In this document: one piece after another, positions 11,626-23,761 of the stretch
Numbering within the stretch: position 1 is the stretch's first letter
How the letters are laid out: each line of letters opens with the position of its first letter
NCBI GenBank assembly: GCA_020536535.1
Contig: JAHLWZ010000626.1
Coordinates: forward strand, 62,312-126,311
Reading direction: 5' to 3'
Source of the DNA: Pelomyxa schiedti
Taxonomy: Eukaryota; Protista; Evosea
DNA: 64,000 nt
Program-made: the position numbers and the translations under genes
The notes under the pieces: generated by a model
Seen by the model: only the letters and a program-made list of their open reading frames with translations
Databases searched by the model: none
What the model was told of the DNA's origin: nothing

Positions 11626-12981
11626 ATGAGAGCGAGTCCAGTGTGTTGTTTGCTGCTTGTAGTAGCTTGGAGTGTGGGGCTCTGCTCGTGCAACTTGCTC
11701 CCCGCCTTTGGCAAGTGGATGGCCGAGAACGGGAAAAGCTATTCCTCGCCGGGCGAACAGCGCCACCGGTTCGACACGTGGAGGAGGAACCTGGCCATTG
11801 TGACACAGTTCAACTTTGAAGGCGGCCACACATACAAGCTCGGAATGAACCGGTTCGCCGACCTGACCAACGAGGAGTTTGTGAGCCAGTACCTTGCGCC
11901 AATGCCAAACTCGTCCGCCAGTAATTGGAGGACACGCGGCGACGTTTCGGAAGCTGCGGTTGGCGCACCGGAATCGATAGTTGCTGTTGACTGGAGGTCT
12001 CTTGGCGCTGTCACGCCGGTCAAGGATCAAGGTTCTTGCCTGTGTTGCGCTTGCTTTCCCAAGTGTAGTTAGTATTCACTTGTTGTATTTAAGGGGAGTG
12101 CAGTAGCTATTGGGCCTTTTCCGCAATCGGGGCCTTGGAAGGGTGCCACGAAATAGCCACTAAGTCTCTTCTGTCCCTCTCTGAACAGCAGCTCATTGAC
12201 TGTGCTTTTGTTACGTATGGTAACAAGGGGTGCAATGGGGGGCTACCAGCCAACGGTTTCAACTACGTTATTGATTACTGGTCTGAACTTGAAACAGCAT
12301 ACCCGTACACAGAATCCAAAAGCACTTGCTTGTATGTACTCCTTTGTAGCTTTCATTCTAATATCAGTCCATCGGTATACCTGAAGGGCAAAAGACACCC
12401 TCAATAGTGCTGACTGCACAGGATACACAGCGACCTCCTCCGGTTCGGAGGTTGCTCTGCAATATGCAGTACAAAAAACTCCCGTGTCAGTTTCCATCGA
12501 TGCAAGTGGTGTTGGTTTCCAGTATGTACATCTGCCTAAGAGAAAAACTAAGAAACCACCAGATTCTATAAGAGCGGGATATATTGCCCATCTAGTGTAA
12601 TTCTCCTTTCAAATAGTATTTATAAGTAACAAGCCTCAGTGTTCCACATCAACATTGAACCATGCAGCTGTGATTGTTGGAATGAATAGCGATTCTACAG
12701 GAGATTATTATATTGTAAAGTGCGTTAATTTACACCTAATTGAAACTATGCTACAATGGTAATTTTCGTTTTGCAGAAATTCATGGGGAACTAGTTGGGG
12801 CATACAGTAAGTTCCATTTAATGCATTTAAATAAGTAGCAATGATAACATCATAAAGGGGATACATCTGGATGTGTGCAAACAAAAACAAGTAAGTTTTT
12901 TTTTTTCTGCATGCATTGACTTATGTATGCAGTAACTGCGGCATTGCCACACAGGCTGTGTACCCCACTGGTTGCAAGTGA
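11626..12981 (+). CDS. Papain-family (C1A) cathepsin L-like preproprotein with catalytic Cys replaced by Tyr
   Basis: Signal peptide; I29 propeptide with ERFNIN (EQRHRFDTWRRNLAIVTQFN) and GMNRFADL; VDWR...VKDQG|ECSSYWAFSA, LSEQQLIDC, GCNGG, LNHAAVIVG, VKNSWGTSWG, NCGIATQAVYP; stop 12979-12981. Confidence 0.92.
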
Positions 12982-13356
12982 GATAGTGAGATCTTCCAAA
13001 CATCTTTCTTCTCCAATTTATAACATACCATATAAAAAAAATAATTACAACGCCACACTTTGACGCCGGAAATTTCCTGTTAGTAACACAGACACAATCA
13101 CAATCACAATCACGTCTCCCGTTTCACCCATTTCATACCATTCGTTTCAGTCAATTGGTCCACAACAATTTTCCCTCTCTCTTTCGGTCATTTCACTCCG
13201 TTCCCCGTTTGTAGATGTTTTTCCGAAAAAACCCATCACAAACTGAACAAGCCTTGAACATGAAGAAACGGTGAAGAAACAAAACACAAAAAAACGGCAA
13301 GTCTGGGGTGTGTCTAGAACACACGAACAAAAACAAAAAAACAGACAAATAAAGAA

Positions 13357-16300
13357 ATGGGGCGGTCGTTGTTTCTTACAGCGTCGTTGCTGGCTGCCTC
13401 TTTTCTTTATTGTTAGTACTTACTCGCAATTATCTAACACTAACCACAATCAAAAAAAAAAAAAAAAAAAGGCGCGTACGCAGTGAGTACCTTCAATGGG
13501 TATTTTGGAAACTCGTTCACAAATGAGCTGTTCCAGTTCAACGACCCTTACGTGCGGGAATACACTCACATTTGTGACATTTCATATTGGGACACTTTCT
13601 ATTCGGGTTTGTTTCTTTTTGAAAACATTCTCCCTTATGTCTGCACTCTCACTTTAGCTGATTTCGTCAATGGCGTTACGGACTGGATGTATGGGATCGA
13701 CTACGAAACAATGGCTCTATACAGACTAAACACCACCGACTGTTCGCTACATTTTATTGGATACACTGGACTGACTTATCAGTCGTATTATACAGCGGGC
13801 CTCTCCTGGTCTACAACAGTCAACGCCATGCTTGGTGCTTTCACTACCCGTGATGCTTCATACTTATATACAATTGACCTTAACACTGGTACCGCCACGT
13901 ACCTGACTGAAATCGTTGGGGCCTCTGAAGTTTCAGATATTGCAGCAACTCCATCTGGTTTGATATACGCTTTTGACGCAGCAAGTGGAAGCTTCTTTTG
14001 GGTGGATTCAAGTACTCTTGTCAGTGGCGAACTTGGGCCTTCCGGACTCAACACCTATGGAGAAGGGATGAGCTATGATCCGTGCACCGATACCGTGTAT
14101 TTTGCCACTTACAATACGGATACATGGGAAACGGAGTTCCGGGTTCTTGACATCTCTGACGGCACAACAACAATCAATGGTATTCTGTATTTTGTTAATG
14201 AGTGCGATTTCCTCATGTTCCAATCTCAGTGTGGTAAGCAATCACACCTGTTTTTTATCTTCTAATTTTTTTTTCTATAAACCCTTGTAGTTGATGTGGA
14301 CGACCCCATCATTGGTTTGTTTGAAAACACGTATTCTGATTTTTAACGTTCTCTTGCAGGAACGGACCCCCTGGCCTGCGACACGGCACTGGAAATCACT
14401 TCTCTACCTAGCAGTAATTTTGGCGATACAACAACTGCTACTTCTGGTTTAGTATCCTGCTACGGATTAAACGCACTAGGTTGGACATGTACAATAAAGG
14501 CCAATCTGATTTTTTTAATTTTTTAGGAGTTCTGTACCGTTACACTGCCTTGACTGATACTTACCTCAGAGCTGAAACCTGCCAAGGATCCTCTTTTGAC
14601 ACCACCCTAGTTGTGTTCACTGATTGTGTAGCATCTGGTCAAATTGACGATTGTGTGACCTCTGGGGAGGATGAATGTGATCTTCAATCTGTAGCAACCT
14701 GGATGGGTTATGCTGGGACTTCTTACTGGATATTTGTGTCTGGCTGGTATGAAACCGGCACCTTCAACCTCACTGTGTTAGGTCTTTTTCTAAGATTGTA
14801 ATTAAGTTGACCAGTTCCAAAGAAATGCCCCAGAGACTGCAGTGCAGTACTGCCCAGGAGGTATTGTCTCTACCCTTCGAGGTCTTCTGGGAGGATGTAG
14901 ATGTTCCAACACAATACGTATCCTGTTTCGATACTGAGTACCCTGGTGAGTTTACTTTCCAAAATCCGTCTCACTAAAAAGGAAAAAGGAGTGCTCTTTA
15001 TGTACATGCCCGATATCACTGGTAATTACAGGGCTTCTACATGCGACGAAGACACAGGTTTTGACACATCTATCTACGTTATGTCAGAATGCGATGCATC
15101 TGGAGATATCTTTGGTTGTGAAACTGCCGCCACTAGTGCATGTGATTCTGATGAATACGGGATTAACATTGAATGGTTTGGCTATGCTGGAGTTACATAT
15201 TACATACTGGTAACGGGTGAGGATTTTGGGCCATTTGAGTTGACAATTGAAGGCAATAGCTAAAATCTGTATTCCCATTTAGTTCTTAGTATCCCTTTAC
15301 AGAAGGAAGTAATGTGGACTGCTCTTCGGCCATCATTTCTAGTGATATGTTTATTTACTCCTCCACTCTTGAAGGTGCCCCTTCAGTATGGTTGGATTGC
15401 GTTGGTTTTTGGGCAGAAGGTGAGAACTTCTAAATTTGTTATCTTTCCAACTGGCACCAATATCTTTTAGGGGTTCTCTTTTCCTACACACCTACAACTT
15501 CTGGCCCAGCCGTAGTTGATACTTGTGGCTCAGATGCTGACACCCAAATTTATGTTTTTAGTGGTTGTAACTCTGACGGGAGCTCTGATATCTGTCTTGG
15601 GTATGATGATGACTCTTGTGACATTGGCGAAGGATCTACAGTAACGTGGAACGTACTCGCGGGAACAACTGACTATATACTAGTCACAGGGGCTTACTAC
15701 TATTCTATGGACTTCGTTCTTCATCTTGCAGGTACCCAATTTACCAACCATTGATATTTCTTTAACCCCACTCCCAGGGCCAGTACCAGTACCACCTTCT
15801 TCGGAAAGCGATTTTGGTGGATATGTCATCGATACTTACAACAATGCTGTTCTACAGTTTACATCCACTACTTCTCTGGTAACTGTGTGCTACTTTGATG
15901 AGTTTGTCAGTATTGGTGCCGGGGATTTTGCATATGGTGACAGTGATGTGATGTATGTGTATGATATTTGGAATTCCTTCTACAAGCTGCATGTCCCCAG
16001 CTGTACGCTCGACAATGTTGCATGGTACGCAGAGGGCGACTATGTTTATGGGATGGCCTGGAGCGACGGTGATGGAAAAATGTATGCCGTGGGTACTGAC
16101 AGCTATGATACATTCCTCTACACTGTAAATTTGGATGACGGCACCCTGAACTATATTTCGACTGTAATTGTCCCCATTTTTTGATCGTATTCAAGAAAAC
16201 CAAAGATCACTGGTTATGCTCTGGTTGATATTGCAGCATCATCATATTACCTTTATGGATATGACATTTCAAATCGCTACTTCATTAGCCTTGACGTTTT

Positions 16301-16911
16301 TGACGACTTTTATGTTGAAATTATAAGCCTAATCGATCAGTCCCAGTGGTACACCATGGCCTATGATCTTTGCTCCTATACTCTCTACACCCTTGCAGAA
16401 CTCGATGAGGGTGAGTACGCACTGGCTACAGTGGATACATGGGATGGCTTTTCAATGACCATGGCAACCTTTACCACAGACTCGTACTTCACTGGATTTG
16501 CCATTGGCGGCTGCAGCATGCAAGGTTTTACAGCACATCCATTCTACATCTCTATCCCACTCAATTCTTGCTGCAGAACCACCCGATGATGGACTATCAG
16601 GGGCCGCCGTGGGAATTCTAGTGGGCCTCGGGGTTGCGGGAGGAGTGGGAGCGGCGGTTGCCGTGGGAGCCTGCTGGGTCACCAAGCGGAAGCGCATGCA
16701 CAAGCCCACTGACCCGCAGCACTTTGAATCCGCCGAGCTGGAAACAGCAGTGCCGGTAGTACCCCCTCCCAGCAACACAGAAGATACAGCAAACGCAACA
16801 GCGGCTGTGTCAGGGACACCCTATGCAACCCCATATCCACCAACCGGAATCAACACAGCACCTGGCTCTGAGGTCCCTGTATATGTCAGCTCCAACTCGC
16901 AGTATTCATAA
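13357..16911 (+). CDS. Single-pass surface protein: signal peptide, beta-propeller-like domain, three Cys-containing beta-sandwich repeats, second propeller-like domain, TM helix, Tyr/Pro-rich tail
   Basis: ATG 13357 (MGRSLFLTASLLAASFLY); YLYTIDLNTGTATYL and FLYTVNLDDGTLNYI; three repeats with TC...FDT.(L/I).V..C...G.TY.I.V.G; TM AVGILVGLGVAGGVGAAVAVGACWV followed by KRKR. Confidence 0.85.
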
Positions 16912-17182
16912 GTGTGAACGGATTCTGCTGCACAAAAAAAAAACCAATGCTCCATGCGGGGTTGGAACCCCGGGCCACAACCCTTTCTTGTGTTTTGAGC
17001 TCGTTTTGGGTGCCGTGCATTTCAAGAATTTCACTTGGTTCTTTGATTGCCAAGGTGCCAAAGGGGAAAATTGTTAGACAGGAACCACACAAAATTCAGA
17101 AAACAAAAAAAACCGACAGTGTCCCGCTGCTTGGTCGCAACAAAGCCGAGATCTGCTGCGTTCGTAACACAAGGCACACGCG

Positions 17183-19304
17183 ATGTCCAATGATGGTGGC
17201 GATGCTAGGGAGAGACTGAAGGAGGTGTTTCCTGACATGTCTCTCTCAATGATTGAGGCCTACTCCATGACCTCCAATGACTATGCACATATTTTTTTAG
17301 AAGCTGGTTGGTGGATATGTTTTTTTTTTCCCCTTCGCCTTCCCTCTTCGTATCCTTATCTTCTTTTCGAATGTATTCAGCAATGAACGTGATTGAAACT
17401 GAAAAAAGGCAACCCACGGGGACTCCTCCGCCTGTTGGAACCATACAGTCTTTTTTCTTCACTGACACTCCAAAAGGAAGATCACCTTTCCCAAAATACA
17501 GCAGCAACGCAGGAATCTTCCCCCGAGACAGTCCTCTTCAAATCTCTACCATCTCACAGTCCATCACCAAATTCGAGCTGCCATTCCCCTCAAATACATG
17601 GCAAGCCAGGAGATAAAGAGGGATTCACCCAAGTACTGATAGCAAGCGGACTATCCAATGAACTACAAGGGGAGACCTTTTCCACATCTCAGTGCGCCAC
17701 TACAACCCCCACACTTCAAGATCTGCATGGGGAGTCGATGGACATTGTTCCTCCAATGAGTGACACTGATAGTGATAATGACACTCAATATGCTGACTGT
17801 ACGCCTCCCCAACCTGGTCAAAGTCCGTCACAGATGGGCTTTGTACAGAGAGCCGCTACTGCAAACGTCTGTGTTGTCAGTATGTCTTCAGAAGGTTTCC
17901 ATCAAGATAGCTTCCCGGACACTACTGACACAACCTTGAGCTCTCAAACACTGGAAGGGTACCGCAGCGATAATAGTTCACCTCAAAGCGTGGAGCCTAA
18001 GATCACAATGTTTCTTTCCGATAATCGTTCTGATTGGCTTATACAACTAGGTACGGAAATATCACAACAATAGAGGAGTACCTTGCAAACTCACCTAGCC
18101 CAACATCTGGCGTTCAATCACCAGTCCAACCACAGAGTGGTTTGCATGCCAAAGTATCTATTTCGATGTGAAACCTTTAGAGAAACTCTTTTGTTAGGTC
18201 TTAGCAAATACCATTTTATTTGAATGGAATGTGACAGGAATGTTGGACAGTTCCTCCTGCGCCTCAGATTGGATAGGCCTATTTATTTATGACAGGGAGT
18301 TCTCATCCACTAAGTCAGTGTATACATGTATATCACATTAGAATTATTCCCCATTTAATACTGAGATAGATTCTATTCCCAGTGGAAGTGGGATTTTCTC
18401 GGGACTGACAGTAAGGATTAGTTTACCGCCAGTAAATATTTATAGAATCTAAAGGATGGCTATTATAACGTAAGATATATCCACTGCAAGCAAGAGTTAC
18501 TCACGACCGATCCACTCCTTATCGGATCACCTGCAACAGTCACGGCAACAATGTCCAACAACGAGATAGTTGCCTCTTTCCAAAGTGTCAGCGAACCACA
18601 GCCTACTAGCGATCGTGACTGGATTGGGTTGTATCAAACAGTGTGCAATAGATAACCTCCAATAATAAAGTTAATAATAGTTTCATCACTTTTTCGCCCT
18701 GACGATAAGTGGAAAGGGATCCAGGAGCAATCGTAAATACATTATGTCCAAGAGATGCGCTACACCGCTTGTTAGTTTTCCCTTACCTTCCAAACCGGGT
18801 CTCTATGAGGTTTCTTATGCTGGAGAATGACCTGTTGCTAATATTTACAGTTGCGGTACTTCAAATACTCTTCGGGCTACGCATACAGTGGAAAAACTCC
18901 ACCTGTTGAGGTCAAATCCCCGGTTTCTATTTCCACTACGTTGTCCCGTTTTTTACTTTTAGCTTTTATGTTCTTTAACTTGTCACCTGCAGAATTGAAA
19001 ACTCTCAACTTCGTGTACAATGGCAGAGCCGGATACCCTCCTCCACTTATGACTGGATAGGTGTATACCTCAAAGGTGCTGATAGTCATTCATACGTGAC
19101 TTTCAAGTACTGCACACAAGGGACCCTGTCCCCTGATTCACACTCTGGCTGTGTGACGTTCCAAACCCCCCAGGTATTTTGTCATCATTTCTTACTGATT
19201 TTTTTTCTTAAATTGCGTAGTTACCACACGGAGAGGTAGACGTGAGATTCTTCTCTGGGAATGACAAGTACACGGCTCTCTGTGTGCAGTCGCTTGTTTT
19301 ATAG
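17183..19304 (+). CDS. CUE-like N-terminus, disordered Ser/Thr/Pro linker, three SKICH-like domains
   Basis: RERLKEVFPDMSLSMIE; three units with DWIGLF / DWIGLY / DWIGVY preceded by W or F strands and followed by G.Y.VRY / PGLYELRYF / GEVDVRFF; stop 19302-19304. Confidence 0.75.
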
Positions 19305-19484
19305 CTCCAAACTCCTTTTTTGTCTTCTGTAAATAATCACTTCGCCGAATCCAACTAATCCGTTTTTCTCACCGCTCCCGTTTTTCATCGTCCTGAAAGA
19401 AACCACCTTTAGCAGTGGAAAACAAATTAAACAACCAAAACCAACACACTCCACCGTATAATATAGACACATTAACACCTTCAC

Positions 19485-22400
19485 ATGAGTGACCAACAAC
19501 CACCCACTCTGATCCTGCTTTGCCTTTTTTGTTTTTCGCTGTTTTGGTGTGCGAGAAGTGCTGATCCGTGCCGAGGTGTGGGCGCAGAGGTGTACGATTC
19601 CAATTCCAATCGCGGATTTGGCCTGGCCCGTCCTTGCTTTTGTGGGTTTTTTGTTCTATGCTTCTTCCTCTTGTGGGTTCTGGATTTTTTTTTTTAAACA
19701 ACTCGAAGCTGGGGACCCTTACAGCCATTGTGGCACAATTTTGCAAGAATTTAGACCCCCATCACTGCCATGGAAATACACCAAAGTACAAAAACCCACT
19801 CCATTGACCAAACGTCACTGAGTTTATTTTTTCGGTCTTTTCCTTATGTGCAGTTGTGTTTTGCAATGGGTGCCGGATCAGCAGGGAATGTAACATATAG
19901 CCTGGAAATGTACCCTGATGCTGGATTTGACCCACACCCTATTTCAACTGCACACAGTTCATATTATCAAGTTTCCCTTGTACAGAACGTCGTTAGTTGG
20001 AGAACAGTGGATTTGTCACCCTATAACTTTGGTGTGACCAAAAAACGAAGTTCACCGTATTTCGATTTTTTAGACTTATACATGCATAGTTGCATACACC
20101 TATCCCACTTACATCGGGGTACACTTTGATGGGACAGACATCTCAGACAACGTTATCATCCTCATTGATTCTTCGGGTGATTATCACTCGTCATATATTC
20201 TAGAACCAGAAGTAACCTTCACGGTATTACCGTCTATTAATACGACCCTTCGCACAGCATTTATACGAGCAGAGGGCTCTGCAGTCAGTTAGTCCTTTTT
20301 CTTTTCCCACACGAAAATTTACTTCCTTAGACCTAAGTGATGTGGGGGCTCCACCTAATTGGCATACATATGACTCTGTAAATTGTCCAGTTTCGGAATG
20401 GAACGCGCATGACGGTTACTGCAATTGTGGCTGTGGAGCTTGGGTATGCTGTTCCTGGAGAAATAGAGTCCCAACAATACATTAGGATCCCGATTGTGCT
20501 CCAATGTCGAATTCCTCTCGTTGTGGGGTGAATACCTTCTGTTCTCCTTCGAGTTTCACTTGCACGGATAAGTGGTTTTACTGTAACCCTGAGTCTTGGT
20601 GGGATGGCACAACGTGCAACTGTGATTGCACTGACACATCATCTGTGCTTTTGGGAAAGGTGAGTCCGGACCCAGATTGCAGGAATCTCCGGTGGAATTA
20701 TGGCTGGGTTGATGATGTACATCTAGAGAGTAAGGGTTGTCGGGAGGAACCAGACGCCTATTGTAATGCATTTACATTCCAGTGCTCAAGTACCTTGTCT
20801 CTCACTCACTAAGTTTTTGACTTGCTGTGTAGTATTGAATTGGAACTGCTCTTTTGATGACTACAATACCAGAGATGCTTGCAATTGTGGATGTGGCGTA
20901 CCAGATCCCGATTGCAATGTGTCAGCCTTAGTTGTTGAAGGCTGTGAGGATGACTTTGAATGTAGAAGTGGTCGCTGTGTTAAAGGTGCTTCTTGTCTTC
21001 CGCTTCCGGAATCTCACCAGTACTTAGTGGACAAAATCAATATTGCAGCGATTGTAGGTGGTGTTGTAGGAGGAGCTTTGGGGTTGGCCCTATTAATGAC
21101 GGGTGCTATACTGGGGGGCTTGTTTATTTGGAGGAGGGGGTAAAATTCCTTGATTTCTAGAGGCTTGGATACATTTATTGTAGATATCAAGGAGGAATCG
21201 ATGGAGAGACTTTATCCCAGCTCTCTACCTTAAAGGCAAATATTGAAATGGAATCTCTGGATGGCTGCAGGTAGGAATGAACTCTACAATGGAAGGTTGT
21301 CTCTGATTGTGTATAGGAAAGTTGACCTTGAAGAATTTCCCCTTGAGGTATTCACTATGCTAACCTCTTACTTTTTTCTCAATTCGTTCTTTCAGATATC
21401 ACCTCAACCACCCCTTACATTTGGGTTGAAGGGACACCACGCCCCTGTCGGGGAGGCACTAAAAGAAGTTGTTACAATCACAAATCCCAAAAAACACAAA
21501 AAAAAGGCAGTATTCAGAGTTGTAGCACCTCCATCAGAAAAGTATACTTTGGAGGTTTCTCCAGACTGTGGAGAAATAGATCCAGTAAGCTCTGAGCTTT
21601 GTTTCTTTATAAACACCCAACAAGGAGGGCTTATCTTTTCCACAGGATTTCTATGAAGAAGTCACTGTATCATTGACATTCAAGTGTACTACCATTGCGA
21701 CGGTCTCCTTCCCCATCATTCTGTTAAAAGGTTTGCCTGCATTCAACTCATCACTTGGGTTGACCACAACTAGAAAGTAAGAGTGGTAAAATGACTGGGG
21801 AGGTATTACTTCGTTTTATTTAGGGTAATATCCTTACTCAAACAGAGTCTGGTCATGATGAATTTTTCCATACAATCTGCTCTATCGACTTCCATAGATT
21901 TTGATGAGTTGACAGTACGGGCCCTTCTTCTCTTGGCACTTTTTCCCATTGACATTTGGCAGTTAGATTCACCTCCTGTTGGAGAGGGATCGTTTGGAGT
22001 TGTCCATGCTGGTTATTGGCAAGAAGAGATCTACATCTACAAACGTTTCGTTTTAATTGGGTTTTAGGCGAGGAAGAAAAGTAGCCGTAAAAGTACTGAA
22101 AGTGTGTTGTCTCTCTTTTCAAGAGAAACACTTACCAATTTGGAAACTACAGGATCAAGCAGGAAAAAGCTCGACTCAAGAGTTCCAGCATGAAATCAGT
22201 ATATTAGAACGACTTCGGTGTCCTCAAGTAATTCCTTTTTCCTTTAAAAAAAAAATTTCACCCTGCTTTTTGTAGATTGTGGAGTTCATTGGTGCTGTAA
22301 AGATTCCCGGGAAGCTTGCCATAATCACTGTGATTTCTTTAATTCTCTGTTCTTTGTTAACCAACACTTTTAAGGAATTTATGGAAATGGGGAATCTTTC

Positions 22401-23548
22401 CTACTGTATAACCTTTCCATCGAACTCCTTTTCTCAACTGAAAATTGAATAGGTATGACTAAAACCAAGTTCTCTCGGCTTCTTAAGGTGAAGTGTTTGC
22501 TGGACTGTTCCAGAGGTGGATTGCATTTGTACTGTATTTTTGATGACACCTTTTTCAGCAATGCAATTTTTGCACAACAATGATTTGATACACCGGGACT
22601 TAAAGCCGGACAATCTTCTTGTACAATTCCCTTCGCAATGGAACCGTTCCTAAAAGTAATTAGATGTGTTCATTGGAAGAGAAGGAATCTGTGAACTGCA
22701 AACTTACCGGTACCAGTATAAGAACTAACACAATATGAAATTCACACTTCCAAGATTTTGGAACTTCGAGGGAGATTGAAAGGTCACAGGGAACACAATA
22801 CTACACAGCTGGGGTACCTCTCAATAAGTAGAGATTTTTGTTTTTTTAATCCATGACCAGGTAGGAACACCTGTATATATGGCTCCAGTAATCCCCTCTG
22901 AAAGTTCTCCTAACAGATTCGCTGACGTTAAAAAAAGGAACTTTTGAGCAACGGAAAGTATAACAAGAAAGCTGATGTGTACAGGTTTGTTGATTCTCGG
23001 CACCTTCACAATCAACCCGCTTCCGCACCGATAACCAACTTTTTTCTGAGGAAAGACCGAGAAAAAGTTGGTCACGGTAACGGAGGGTGTTGATTTATTA
23101 ACTGTGACATATGCAGTTTTGCTCTAGTGGCACATTATACTTTCGCTGAAAAGCAACCATTTTCCGAACTTGCCACAGCCTGGAGTGAGTAAAAAAAAAC
23201 TTCAATTTTCACTGACCCAGCTCACAGAATTTATCGAGCTTGTTCTTGCAGGGCAGGTAGATATCTACCTTTTGGAGGAATTTGAAATTTTAAGTGTTAA
23301 ATGAGTTACTAATCACAACAAACCTCAAAAGCGGCCTGCCACGGATGGCATTCCACACTCAATGTGTAAACTTATTGTGCAGTGTTGGAATCAAGAACAA
23401 CAAGACAGGCCATGTATGTTTACTCTCCTTTCCTCATTGTCTCAAGCCCCTTTGTCTCCCAGCATTTGATAATATCACTGAGTATCTCGAACAAGAAGTT
23501 CAGTACCTTCAACACCACCACAACAATAGTCACAAGCACCATCACTAA
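19485..23548 (+). CDS. Transmembrane receptor kinase (Entamoeba TMK-like): Cys-rich ectodomain, TM, Ig/MSP-like juxtamembrane domain, TKL-group kinase
   Basis: Signal peptide; CNCGCG/CNCDC..DPDC repeats; TM IAAIVGGVVGGALGLALLMTGAILGGLFIW; GEGSFGVV, VAVKVLK, HRDLKPDN, DFG, GTPVYMAPE, KADVYSF. Confidence 0.9.
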
Positions 23549-23761
23549 ATACCCACCTATGTTGTATTCAAAAAAAATTTACATGCATGTACTGGATGTT
23601 TCCAATAAGAAATCGTCCGGTTTTCACTAAAAAAATCATTAACAGCGGCGTCAGTCCATCAAAGGAAAAGAATCTTCATGCTTCTTCCCTTACTAAGGTC
23701 AGGTTATGCGAAAGCATCTAAAGAAACTTTGGTTTGTTAGCAAAAGCCGTGGAACGTCGAC

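Noticed and set aside
13088-13113. (CAATCA)x3 short tandem as a CRISPR or telomeric seed
   Set aside because: Three units without spacers; ordinary microsatellite.
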